From positions 1-25,211 of the forward strand of contig CAWDPO010000031.1 of the NCBI GenBank assembly GCA_963804165.1: a stretch of DNA of 25,211 nt, in the 5' to 3' direction. This stretch comes from an uncultured delta proteobacterium. GTDB lineage: Bacteria; Desulfobacterota; Binatia; UBA9968. Under the pieces are notes generated by a model that was not told the origin of the DNA, searched no databases, and saw only the letters and a list, made by a program, of their open reading frames with translations. The position numbers and the translations under genes were made by a program. Positions 9,445 to 19,493 of this stretch are shown here, in pieces (the first letter of the stretch is position 1; every line of letters starts with the position of its first letter).

Positions 9445-10541
9445 GGTACAAACAACTTTATTTGGTTGAAAGTTTTTTACCATTGCACATGACAAGGGGA
9501 CGAGCCTGATCAGAGCGTAGTCCACAGAAGTAAAGCTTGAGGACTACGAATGCTTCGGTTGGCGCATCAAATCACGAACTCTTCGGTTCATAGCTTCTAG
9601 GCTGCCGGTAGTAGTTGGCAGATTTAATTTTGGGTATTTGCGATAGGCTCTGAAATGGTCGATCCGCCTGAGAAACTCTCGAACGATCATGCGCATGACA
9701 CGCAGTCGTTTTGCTTGCCGAACGCGATTGTTGAGTTGAGCGAGCACCGATCGGAGCGGAGGGCCATCGGGAAGCTCGAGAGCTTGGCGGGTCAGTTGAT
9801 AGAGCGCCTCGCGCAGGGGTCTGCCATGGAGTCTGTGATTTCGTCGGCCGCGGCAGTTCTGCAATCGGCTGATGAGATGAAAATGGCAGAGCTGAACGAT
9901 CCAGCCTTGGCTTGTGCCGAGTTTGACAATACCAGAAACCTCGTCGGAGACCGAGGCACGGATACGTCTGTGTATAGAGGGCGGAATGGTTGTGAAGGCG
10001 TGAGACCACCCTTGCATGTTCTCTCTGCCTTTGCGCAGCACAGGATCGAGGAAGATCGCTCGATTTTGATGACACGGCTTTGACCGCCATCAAATACACA
10101 ACCCAATCTTTGCCGCGAAAGCGAAAGTACAGTCCGTCCAAGACCAAAACCAAGGAACCTTTGGGCAAGCGCAAATCCCGAGATCGCGATGTGAACTGTC
10201 GCAGAGTTCCACGAAACCGCCGACTCAACCCTTGGTGGGTAAGACCATAGCGTGGAGCGAGAGTTTTCAGTGTGCGTCCGTCGAGCAACACTGCTTTGAG
10301 AGTTCCAGGACGCGCTCGCCGAGGCTTGCGGCCGCGCTGTTTCTTGCGGATCCTCCACGTACGCTTGCACTGACTGCACTGACGACGTCGGGAACCGAAG
10401 TGATAAATTTTCGCTCTGCAACACCGAGAATTCGCGTGCCACGAATGCATGCACGCGAACTACACACAGATTAGAGGTCAAAGTATTCAAAAACACGGAG
10501 AAATCTCGTTTAGTTTTCAACCAAATTTCGTTGTTTGTACC
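9445..10541 (-). mobile_element. Insertion sequence of 1,097 bp with both ends present, 27-bp imperfect TIRs and 8-bp target-site duplication; IS256-like DDE element
   Basis: Left end GGTACAAACAACtttATTTGGTTGAAA (9445-9471) versus reverse complement of right end GGTACAAACAACgaaATTTGGTTGAAA (10515-10541), 24/27 identical. GAACATTG is duplicated at 9437-9444 and 10542-10549. Confidence 0.93.
9458..10450 (-). CDS. DDE transposase with N-terminal zinc ribbon and HTH; frameshifted (ORFs 9572-10450 and 9544-10041 plus a C-terminal piece ending inside the TIR)
   Basis: CC.......RRQCSQCKRTW zinc ribbon, HTH-like LKTLAPRYGLTHQGLSRRF, LVLDG (D1), VSDE (D2), QLCHFH (CxxH) and PTTTGSLEAMN (E). Confidence 0.85.
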
Positions 10542-10559
10542 GAACATTGAACCTTGAAC
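10542..10559. repeat. Displaced remainder of the right arm of the 7-mer repeat, including the duplicated target
   Basis: gaac attgaac cttgaac continues the units seen at 9427-9444. Confidence 0.85.
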
Positions 10560-10567
10560 GGACTGTA

Positions 10568-12647
10568 ATGTATCGCGTTGGCATCGATATCGGTGGGACG
10601 TTCACCGACATGCTCTTGATCGGTGACGATGGCGCCGCCGTGATCGGCAAGACACTAACGACTCCGGGCGATCCGAGTTTGGCTGTAGAAGAGGCGCTGC
10701 GGCCGGCCCTGGAAAACGGCGCGATGAAGGCGGGGGAGCGCGGCACGTTGATTCACGGCACGACGCTGGTGACCAATGCGCTGATCGAGCGTAAGGGTGC
10801 GATGACGGCGCTGCTTACGACCGCGGGCTTTCGCGATGCCGTCGAGATCGGCCGCGAACACCGCTATGAGCTTTACGACTTGAATCTGGAATTGCCCAAA
10901 CCTTTGGTGCCTCGTCATTTGCGCTTCGACGTGCCGGAGCGGGTTGCGGCCGACGGCAGCGTCGCTCGAAGCGCTCGACGAGAATTTTGTCCGGCGGTTG
11001 GTGATCGAGCTGCGCGATAGGGGCATCAAAGCCATCGGCGTGTGCTACCTCAATAGTTTTCGCAATTCCGCTCACGAAAAACGAACGGCAGAGATCATCG
11101 CGGAGGTGGCGCCGAAGATTCGCGTGTCGCTGAGCTCGGAGGTGGTCGCCGAGATCCGCGAATTCCAGCGTACCAGCACCACGCTGGCGAATGTCTACGT
11201 TCAAGAACGGGTCGCCGATTATCTGGCGCAACTGCAAGCGCGTTTGAACAAGATCGGTTTCGTCGGCAGTTTCTTCGTGATGCTGTCGAGCGGCGGCATC
11301 GCGACACGCGAGACCGCGTCGCGGTTTCCCGTGCGTCTGCTCGAATCCGGACCGGCAGCAGGCGCGCTCGCAGCGGCGCAAGCAGGTATCGCTTCCGGCC
11401 ATCGCGATTTGCTTTCCTTCGACATGGGCGGCACCACCGCAAAGCTTTGCGTCATCGAAGACGGCCAGCCGCTGAAGACGCACGAGTTCGAAGTCGACCG
11501 CGTCTATCGTTTCCGCAAAGGCAGCGGCCTGCCGGTGCGCATTCCCGTGATCGACATGATCGAGATCGGCGCCGGCGGCGGCAGCATCGCACGGGTCGAT
11601 TCGCTCGGTCTTCTCAAGGTCGGGCCGGAAAGCGCCGGCGCGGATCCGGGACCGGTATGTTATCGACAAGGCGGCACCGAGCCGACCGTCACGGACGCCG
11701 ATCTCGTGCTCGGTTATCTCGATCCCAAGTATTTTCTCGGCGGTAAGATGCCGCTGGATCTCGAAGGCGCGCGCAAGGCGGTGGGACGTTTGGGGGCGAA
11801 ATTGAACATGACCGTCGAGCAGGCTGCTTGGGGAATTCATCAGATCGTCAACGAAAATATGGCCAACGCGGCGCGCGCTCACTTGGGCGAGCGCGGCAAA
11901 GATCCGCGGCGCATGCCGATGTACGCTTTCGGCGGCGCCGGGCCGGTGCACGGTTATCGGGTCGCGGAAATCTTTCGCTTGCCGGCGTTGATCTCGCCGT
12001 TCGGCGCCGGAGTCGGCTCGACGTTCGGATTGCTTGCCGCGCCCCTAGCCTTTGACTTCGTGCGCAGCGCTTACAGTCGAATGGATGAGCTGGATTGGAA
12101 ATTTGCCAACAGTTTACTTGATGAAATGGCTGAAGAGGGTCGAAGGATATTGGAAAGCTCTGGTTTGAATTCAGAGGATATCAACTATCATCGCACCGCC
12201 GACATGCGTTACGTCGGCCAGGGACATGAAGTGTCGGTTTTGTTGCCTAGCGGTATGTTGAGCGAGAATGATCTCGCCGGCATCACGGCGGAATTCGAAC
12301 GAACCTATGAAGCGCTTTACGGGCGCCAAGGACCGGATGTCCCGCTCGAAGTGATCAACTGGCGCGTGGTGGCGAGCGGCCCGCGACCGGAGATGAATTT
12401 CAAATTGTCGCGCGACGTTTCGAATCGTAGCGATCCACGCAAAGGTTCGCGCCGCGCTTATTTTCCGGAACGCGCAGATTACCTGGATACCGCAGTCTAC
12501 GACCGCTATGCGTTGAAACCGGGGATGAAATTTGCCGGACCGGCGATCGTCGAGGAGCGCGAGTCGACTTTGATTATCGGCATGCAGGGGAAAGCTCTGG
12601 TGGACGAGAGACTCAACGTTATTGTGGAGTTGGGCGATGGAAAATAA
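10568..12647 (+). CDS. Hydantoinase/5-oxoprolinase family subunit A (ATP-binding, HyuA-like); indel near 10965
   Basis: GIDIGGTFTD, HGTTLVTNALIER, ESGPAAG, DMGGTT, IGAGGGS, PTVTDA and DMRYVGQGHE. Confidence 0.92.
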
Positions 12648-14374
12648 AGCGATCGATCCGGTCACCCTGGAAGTGATTTGGAACCGCTTCATGTCGGTGG
12701 CGAACGAGCAGCAGGACACGCTGATTCGCACGGCGTTCAGCACGATCGTACGAGAAAGCCAGGACTTGGCGTGCGGCCTGTTCGACACCAAGGGACGAAT
12801 GATCGCGCAATCGCTCAGCGGCACGCCGGGTCATATCAACGCGATGGCGACGTCGATGAAGCATTTTCTCGCCGCGTTTCCTCCCGACAAATTGTCGCCG
12901 GGCGACGTGCTGATCACCAACGATCCGTGGCAGACCGCCGGGCAGATCAACGACATCACGATCACTACGCCGATTTTTCGCGACGGGCAATTGGTTGCGT
13001 TGTTCGCCAACACCTGCCACAGCGCGGATATCGGCGGACGGATTCTCTCCGCCGAGGCGCGCGAAGTTTTCGAGGAAGGGCTGCGCATTCCGATCATGAA
13101 GCTCTTCGACCGGGGCGAGCCGAATCGAGTTCTCATGCAGATCGTGCGCGTCAACGTGCGTCAGCCGGACGAGGTGATCGGCGATTTCTACGCGCAGACC
13201 GCGTGCAACGAAGCCGGCGGGCGGGCGCTGTTGGAAATGATGGACGAATTCGGCGCTGGATATCATCGATGCAGTCGCCGAGGAAATTATTCGCCGCTCC
13301 GAAGCGGCGGTGCGCGCGGAGATTCGCAAGCTGCCGAGCGGCGAATGGAAAAACGAAACCTGGAGCGACGGCTTCGAAGAGCCGATAGTCGTGCGCTGCA
13401 CAGTGAAAGTGGCGGGCGATGAAATTTTCATCGATTTCACCGGCTCGTCGCCGCAGAGCACGCGCGGCATCAACGTCGTGCTCAATTACACGCATGCGTA
13501 TGCCAGCTTCGCGATCAAAGCAGCGATCTGCCCGGACGTGCCGCACAACGAAGGCAGCTTTCGGCCGGTTCACGTGAGCGCGCCGCCGGGCAGCATTCTC
13601 AACGCGCTCGATCCGGCGCCGGTGGCGAGCCGCCAAGTGATCGGCCATTTTATTCCCAGCGCGATTTTCGCGGCATTGTCGGGCGCGATGCCCGGTCGTT
13701 TGATGGCGCCGGGCGCCGACCCGATTTGGCTGAGCGTGTGGCGCGGGCAAAATCCATCATTCACTTTGACCCTCTTTCAAGTCGGCGGCACGGGCGCGCG
13801 GCCGACCAAAGACGGCTTGAACGCCGTCGGCTTCCCCAGCGGCGTCGCCGGCGTGCCGGCGGAAGTGATCGAGAGTTTGTCGCCTGTGGTGATGAAGCGG
13901 CGCGAGCTTCGGCCTGACTCGGGGGGCGCCGGTAACATGGCGTGGCGGCTTGGGTCAGCTCACCGAATTTACGCGCAGGGGCGCGGGGAGATGGAGCGTG
14001 AGCTCGATTGCGGATCGCACGGCGTATCCGGCGCCGGGGCTGCTCGGCGGCGAACCTGGCGCGACCGGTGAAGTCATGCTCGGCGATGGCACACGACTGA
14101 ACGCCAAGGCATTGAAGGATCTCAGCAGCGGCGAAATCGTTCACGTCAATTTACCCGGCGGCGGCGGTTACGGTGAGGCGTTCAGCCGCGACGTCGAGAA
14201 AGTTCGCTGGGATGTGATCGAAGGTTACATTACGCCGGAAGAAGCGCAAGAAAAGTACGGCGTCGCGGTAAAGTATTCCGGCAAAGCCGATGACTTGGTT
14301 AGGCTGCCGGAAAGTGGGTTGTCGATCAAAAAAAGACCGCCGAACTGCGCGGGCGAGGAAATGCATCAGTCTGA
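12637..14374 (+). CDS. Hydantoinase B/oxoprolinase family subunit B (HyuB-like); indels near 13255, 13935 and 14315
   Basis: DPVTLEVIWNR, RTAFSTIVRESQD, NDPW, HSADIGG, EEGLRIP, DFTGSS, DSGGAG and PGGGGYG. The start overlaps the end of subunit A. Stop inferred at TGA 14372-14374 after VDQKKTAELR. Confidence 0.9.
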
Positions 14375-14390
14375 TTTCAAGGGGCCAAAT

Positions 14391-14448
14391 GTAGGGGCAC
14401 GCCCCTGTGCGTGCCCTCAGTCGGGCGACCACAGGGGGTCGCCCCTAC
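14391..14448. repeat. GTAG-type REP doublet in inverted orientation (REPIN-like)
   Basis: GTAG-GGGCACGC-CCCTGT-GCGTGCCC on + and GTAG-GGGCGACC-CCCTGT-GGTCGCCC on -, 6 nt apart. Confidence 0.9.
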
Positions 14449-14492
14449 AAGCAATCAGCGCGTAACTGACTATTAGGGGAATTGGTGGGCAC

Positions 14493-15260
14493 ATGGAGCT
14501 GCAAGGTCGAGTCGCATTGATTACCGGCGGCGCCGGCGGGATCGGTGGCGCTGTGGTGCGGAGTTTGGCGAAAGCCGGCATAAGCGGCGTTGTCATCAAC
14601 TACCGCAAATCAAGCAAAGAAGCGGCGGATCTCGCCGCCGAGATTGAGCGCGGCGGCGTAAAAGCGGCGGCGATTCAAGCCGATGTGCAGAACGACGCCC
14701 AGGTCCGCGCGATGATCGCCAAGATCGGCGCGGAGTTCGGCCGCTTGGATATCTTAGTCAACAATGCCGGCGTAACCCACTGGGTGAAAGTCTCCGACCT
14801 CGAAGCGTTGACCGATGCGATCTGGGACGAGATTCTCGACGTCAACGTCAAAGGCGCATTTCGCTGCGCGCGGGCGGCGGCCAAGCTGCTGGAAGCGAGC
14901 CAGGGCATGATCGTCAACATTTCGTCGATCTCCGGCGTGTTGTCACCATCGAGCATGTCATCGCTCGCCTACGGCACGGCCAAGGCGGCGCTCATCCACT
15001 TGACGAAAGGTCTGGCCGTCGCGCTCGCGCCGAAAGTCCGCGTGAACTGCGTCGCTCCGGCATTTACCGACACGCCGTGGATGAGCGGACACTACGGCGA
15101 GACTTATCAGCAGGTGATTTCACAGGCATCCGCAGGATATCCTCTGCAGCGCATCGCGACCCCCGATGAAGTCGCGGGGGCGATACTCGGCTTGATCACG
15201 GGCGGCGATTTTGTCACCGGGCAGACATTGATCGTCGACGGCGGGTTGAGCTTGAGTTAA
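14493..15260 (+). CDS. Short-chain dehydrogenase/reductase (classical SDR)
   Basis: TGGAGGIG, NNAG, YGTAK and VNCVAP. Confidence 0.93.
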   Translation: MELQGRVALITGGAGGIGGAVVRSLAKAGISGVVINYRKSSKEAADLAAEIERGGVKAAAIQADVQNDAQVRAMIAKIGAEFGRLDILVNNAGVTHWVKVSDLEALTDAIWDEILDVNVKGAFRCARAAAKLLEASQGMIVNISSISGVLSPSSMSSLAYGTAKAALIHLTKGLAVALAPKVRVNCVAPAFTDTPWMSGHYGETYQQVISQASAGYPLQRIATPDEVAGAILGLITGGDFVTGQTLIVDGGLSLS

Positions 15261-15278
15261 TGTCTCTATCGGGGATGG

Positions 15279-15450
15279 TTGAAATTTCCTCGCCTTCAGG
15301 CGAAGTGAAAATTCGTCATGCCGGTGAAACCGGCATCCAGGTTCCTCTTCACTTCAAACAAACCCGCCTGGATTCCGCCGGAATGACGCGCGTGGAGTCA
15401 ACTTCCAGTCGACTACGCCAGAATCCCTCGGCTTGAAGCCGAGGGTCGTT
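15279..15450. repeat. Composite palindromic element: CGTC-type REP doublet (15314-15388) between hairpins resembling IS200/IS605 ends
   Basis: CGTC-ATGCCGGT-GAA-ACCGGCAT-CCAG ... CTGG-ATTCCG-CCGGAAT-GACG; flanking TCGCCT-TC-AGGCGA and CCCTCGGCT-TGA-AGCCGAGGG (15425-15445). Confidence 0.75.
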
Positions 15451-15524
15451 TAGTTTTTGGCCGAGACCTGTTGAAGCTTTCATTACGATTGCAGTGTCCA
15501 AGGTCGCGCGGCTGGGCAAAGGAT

Positions 15525-16781
<1,257 letters not shown>

Positions 16782-16888
16782 GCACTTGAAATCCTTCCGT
16801 GATTGTTTTCTAAAGGTAACAACGAGCCGAAAGCGAGTCAACGTTGAATTCTATTGACTGTTTTGCTGGACGATGAGGATGCGTAAGT

Positions 16889-17638
16889 ATGAAACTTAAA
16901 GGGAAAGTCGCGTTTATCACGGGATTCGGATCGGGACTGGGGCAAGCGATTGCCGTCATGTTCGCCAAGGAAGGCGCCGCGGTGGCGGGCACGTCGCCGA
17001 CCGAGTCGAAAGGTCGGGAGACGCTAACGCTGGTCGAGAAAGTCGGCGGCAAGGCGATGTTTTGGCCCGGCGATGTTTCGAACTCGGCGCAGATGAAAAC
17101 CCTGATCGACGAAACGGTTCGGCAGTTAGGCGGCATCGATATTGTCGTCAACAGCGGCGGCGTGCGCACCAATGGCAGCATCACGGAGATCACGGAAGAT
17201 GATTGGGACCGGACACTGGATGTAAATCTCAAGGGCGCGTTCATTGTTTCGCGCTTGGCAATTCCCGAAATGAAAAGGCGCGGCGGCGGCGTGATTCTGC
17301 ATATCGCCGCGCGCTCGGGCATGCTCGGGCAATCCGGGCGCGCCGCATATTGCGCTTCGAAAGGCGGCATGGTTCGCTTGACTGAAGCGATGGCGATGGA
17401 TCATGCGAAGGATAAAATACGGGTCAATTGTATTTGTCCGGGACCGACACGCACGCCGATGGTGGATACCTCGACGCCCGAGAAACTCGCGCGCTACAAA
17501 ACCAGAGTGCCGATCGGCCGCATCGGCGAGCCTGAAGATGTCGCTTACGCGGCGTTGTATCTCGCGTCGGATGAAGCGTCGATGGTGACCGCGGCGATCT
17601 TACCGGTGGACGGCGGCATGCGGCTGACCGGACCATAA
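16889..17638 (+). CDS. Short-chain dehydrogenase/reductase (classical SDR)
   Basis: TGFGSGLG, YCASK and RVNCICPG; divergent from the CobW-family gene. Confidence 0.92.
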   Translation: MKLKGKVAFITGFGSGLGQAIAVMFAKEGAAVAGTSPTESKGRETLTLVEKVGGKAMFWPGDVSNSAQMKTLIDETVRQLGGIDIVVNSGGVRTNGSITEITEDDWDRTLDVNLKGAFIVSRLAIPEMKRRGGGVILHIAARSGMLGQSGRAAYCASKGGMVRLTEAMAMDHAKDKIRVNCICPGPTRTPMVDTSTPEKLARYKTRVPIGRIGEPEDVAYAALYLASDEASMVTAAILPVDGGMRLTGP

Positions 17639-17657
17639 TAACCATCGAAGCCGAATG

Positions 17658-17756
17658 ACCACGAACTTAATCATGAAAGATAGCTGACGACTAAGATCAC
17701 GAAGTCTGAAAGTGAAGGACATCCTAACCCTTAGTGACCGTCGCGCGCTTCGTGGT
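17658..17756. repeat. Degenerate palindromic element with ACCACGAA...TTCGTGGT ends
   Basis: accacgaa (17658-17665) pairs with ttcgtggt (17749-17756). Internal actaag/cttagt pair and a cacgaag unit. Confidence 0.6.
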
Positions 17757-17775
17757 GCAAATGATATTCATTATA
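17757..17775. promoter_or_regulatory. Candidate Fur-family binding box
   Basis: GCAAATGATATTCATTATA matches 15/19 positions of the E. coli Fur consensus GATAATGATAATCATTATC. It has a perfect AATGA-N3-TCATT dyad and ends 31 nt before ATG17807. Confidence 0.4.
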
Positions 17776-17806
17776 AAAGAAAATAACTGCGATCAAGGAT
17801 GGAGAA

Positions 17807-18442
17807 ATGCTCGACGTACGGCCCATAGGGATCGAGGATTACACGGAACGCTGCAGCAAGCCGTTATCAGAATTACATGACAAACTTTGGGTGGAGACCT
17901 ATGCGAAGACCCACAGTCCCGGCATGATGGTTGGGCCCGTCGAGGGACAATTTCTCAAAATGCTCGCCACGATCACCGGCGCGCGGCGGATCCTCGAGAT
18001 CGGCATGTTCACCGGCTATAGCACGTTGGCCTGGGCCGAGGCGCTGCCGAAGGACGGGCGCGTCGTTACCTGTGAGATCGATCCGCAGACCACGGAGATC
18101 GCCAAGCGCTATTTTGCCGAAAGCACGCACGGTCACAAGATCGAAATCAAGCTCGGTCCCGCGCTCAATTCACTTAAACTGCTGGACGGTATTTTCGATC
18201 TCTGTTTCATCGACGCCGACAAAGAAAACTACGGCGGCTACTACGACCGCTGCATGGACCTGGTTCGTCCGCGGGGACTGATCATTTTAGACAACATGCT
18301 GCGCGGCGGCCGTGTGCTGGATCCCCAAGACAGAAGCAGCAAAGCTATCGACGAGCTCAACAAGCGCATCCGCAACGATCCGCGAGTGGAGAATGTGCTG
18401 TTGCCAATGCGAGATGGGATCATGCTCGTGCGAAAATTATAA
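17807..18442 (+). CDS. Class I SAM-dependent O-methyltransferase (caffeoyl-CoA/catechol OMT family, Methyltransf_3)
   Basis: RILEIGMFTGYS, FIDADKENY, DNML and LPMRDG; GGAGA RBS. Confidence 0.92.
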   Translation: MLDVRPIGIEDYTERCSKPLSELHDKLWVETYAKTHSPGMMVGPVEGQFLKMLATITGARRILEIGMFTGYSTLAWAEALPKDGRVVTCEIDPQTTEIAKRYFAESTHGHKIEIKLGPALNSLKLLDGIFDLCFIDADKENYGGYYDRCMDLVRPRGLIILDNMLRGGRVLDPQDRSSKAIDELNKRIRNDPRVENVLLPMRDGIMLVRKL

Positions 18443-18465
18443 AAGAGTCGTCGTCAAGGTTGGAT

Positions 18466-19350
18466 TCAGCCAATTTCGCGCGCTAGCAACTGTAAGGTTC
18501 GAGCCAAGTCTGTCGCCAGCGGTGCCTGCCATTCTCGCGGCTTACCGGCATAGTTCAGTTTCAATTTTTCGCGCGTGGAGAAACTGGCGCTTCAAGCCGA
18601 ATTCCTTGCGAAAGCGTTTGTTGAAACCAAAGTCGCCGTGCTGATCGTCCATGACCACCGGATGGCCGAGCTTGGCGAAGTGGAGACGTATTTGGTGCAG
18701 CCGGCCGGTCTCGATTGAAACCCGCGCGAGGGTGACTTCTGCAAATTTCTTGACGACTCGGTAGCGCGTGAGCGCGCGCACCGGGTAGCCCTGGCGGCCG
18801 GGTAACGGCAAGTCGATCTTCCCTTCATGATTCGGCAGCCGGCCGACGACGAGACACAGATATTCTTTCTCCACTGCACCGGTCTCGAAGAGCTTTGCAA
18901 TTCTGTGGCGGTGTGGCTGGCTTTTAGCGATTAACAGCAACCCCGAGGTGTCTCTGTCGATGCGATGAACGAGCTGTGGTTTGATGCCGCGGTCACGATA
19001 CGTCGTTTCTAAAATCCCCAACACCGAGTCTCTTTTGCTGACGGATTTGCCTTCGTGCACGGCGATGCCGGCGGACTTATTGAGTACCAGCAACGCCTCG
19101 TCTTCGTATACGGTATCGAGTTTCGTAACGGCTTTGAGCGGCTTGACTGATTCGGCTTGCCTTTCGAAAGGGATATAGAGCTGGATGCGGTCGCCGCCGC
19201 GGATCAGGTCGTCCGCTTTGGCGCGCCGCCCGTTAACTCGCAGCCATTTTTGCGAAAGAGTTTTCGGACATAGCCGATGGCGAATTCTTTTTTCAGAAAG
19301 CTCTCGAGCTTCTTGATCGCCTCGTTGTCCGGCAAGACGATTTCACGCAT
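18466..19350 (-). CDS. RluA-family pseudouridine synthase with N-terminal S4 domain (RluC/RluD-like); several indels
   Basis: RVNGRRAKADDLIRGGD (S4), YEDEALLVLNK, catalytic HRIDRDTSG, TGRLHQIR and QFLHA. Start ATG19350 and stop 18466 were reconstructed by hand. Confidence 0.88.
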
Positions 19351-19407
19351 GACCTGCACGAGCTAACGGCAGAATCGCGAGTAGTCAAGACAGGGCCGTG
19401 GCAATAT

Positions 19408-19436
19408 TTGCAATTGTGTAGTTATTAAGCTAGCTT
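19408..19436 (+). promoter_or_regulatory. Candidate sigma70 promoter of the pheA operon
   Basis: TTGCAA-17 nt-TAGCTT in an AT-rich spacer 57 nt before the pheA start. Confidence 0.45.
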
Positions 19437-19493
19437 ACGTGGACGGCGCCAGGGCAATCAGCCCTGTTGGTTTGCGCCGGGTGAGGTAGTCAT

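Noticed and set aside
10040-10090. Programmed ribosomal frameshift in the transposase
   Set aside because: No clear slippery heptamer at the junction, further shifts occur near the C-terminus, and indels are common across the window.
10815-13750. Long antisense ORFs (10815-11951, 12619-13485, 13151-13750) and similar ones opposite copA and the binding proteins
   Set aside because: Shadow ORFs of GC-rich coding sequence with no recognisable motifs.
15396-15450. HEARO/omega RNA of an IscB or TnpB system
   Set aside because: Only an end-like hairpin is present, with no nuclease ORF nearby and too little sequence for the RNA.
16800-16830. Zur box upstream of the CobW-family gene
   Set aside because: Only a TTGTT-N10-AACAA dyad, which does not fit the Zur consensus spacing I know.
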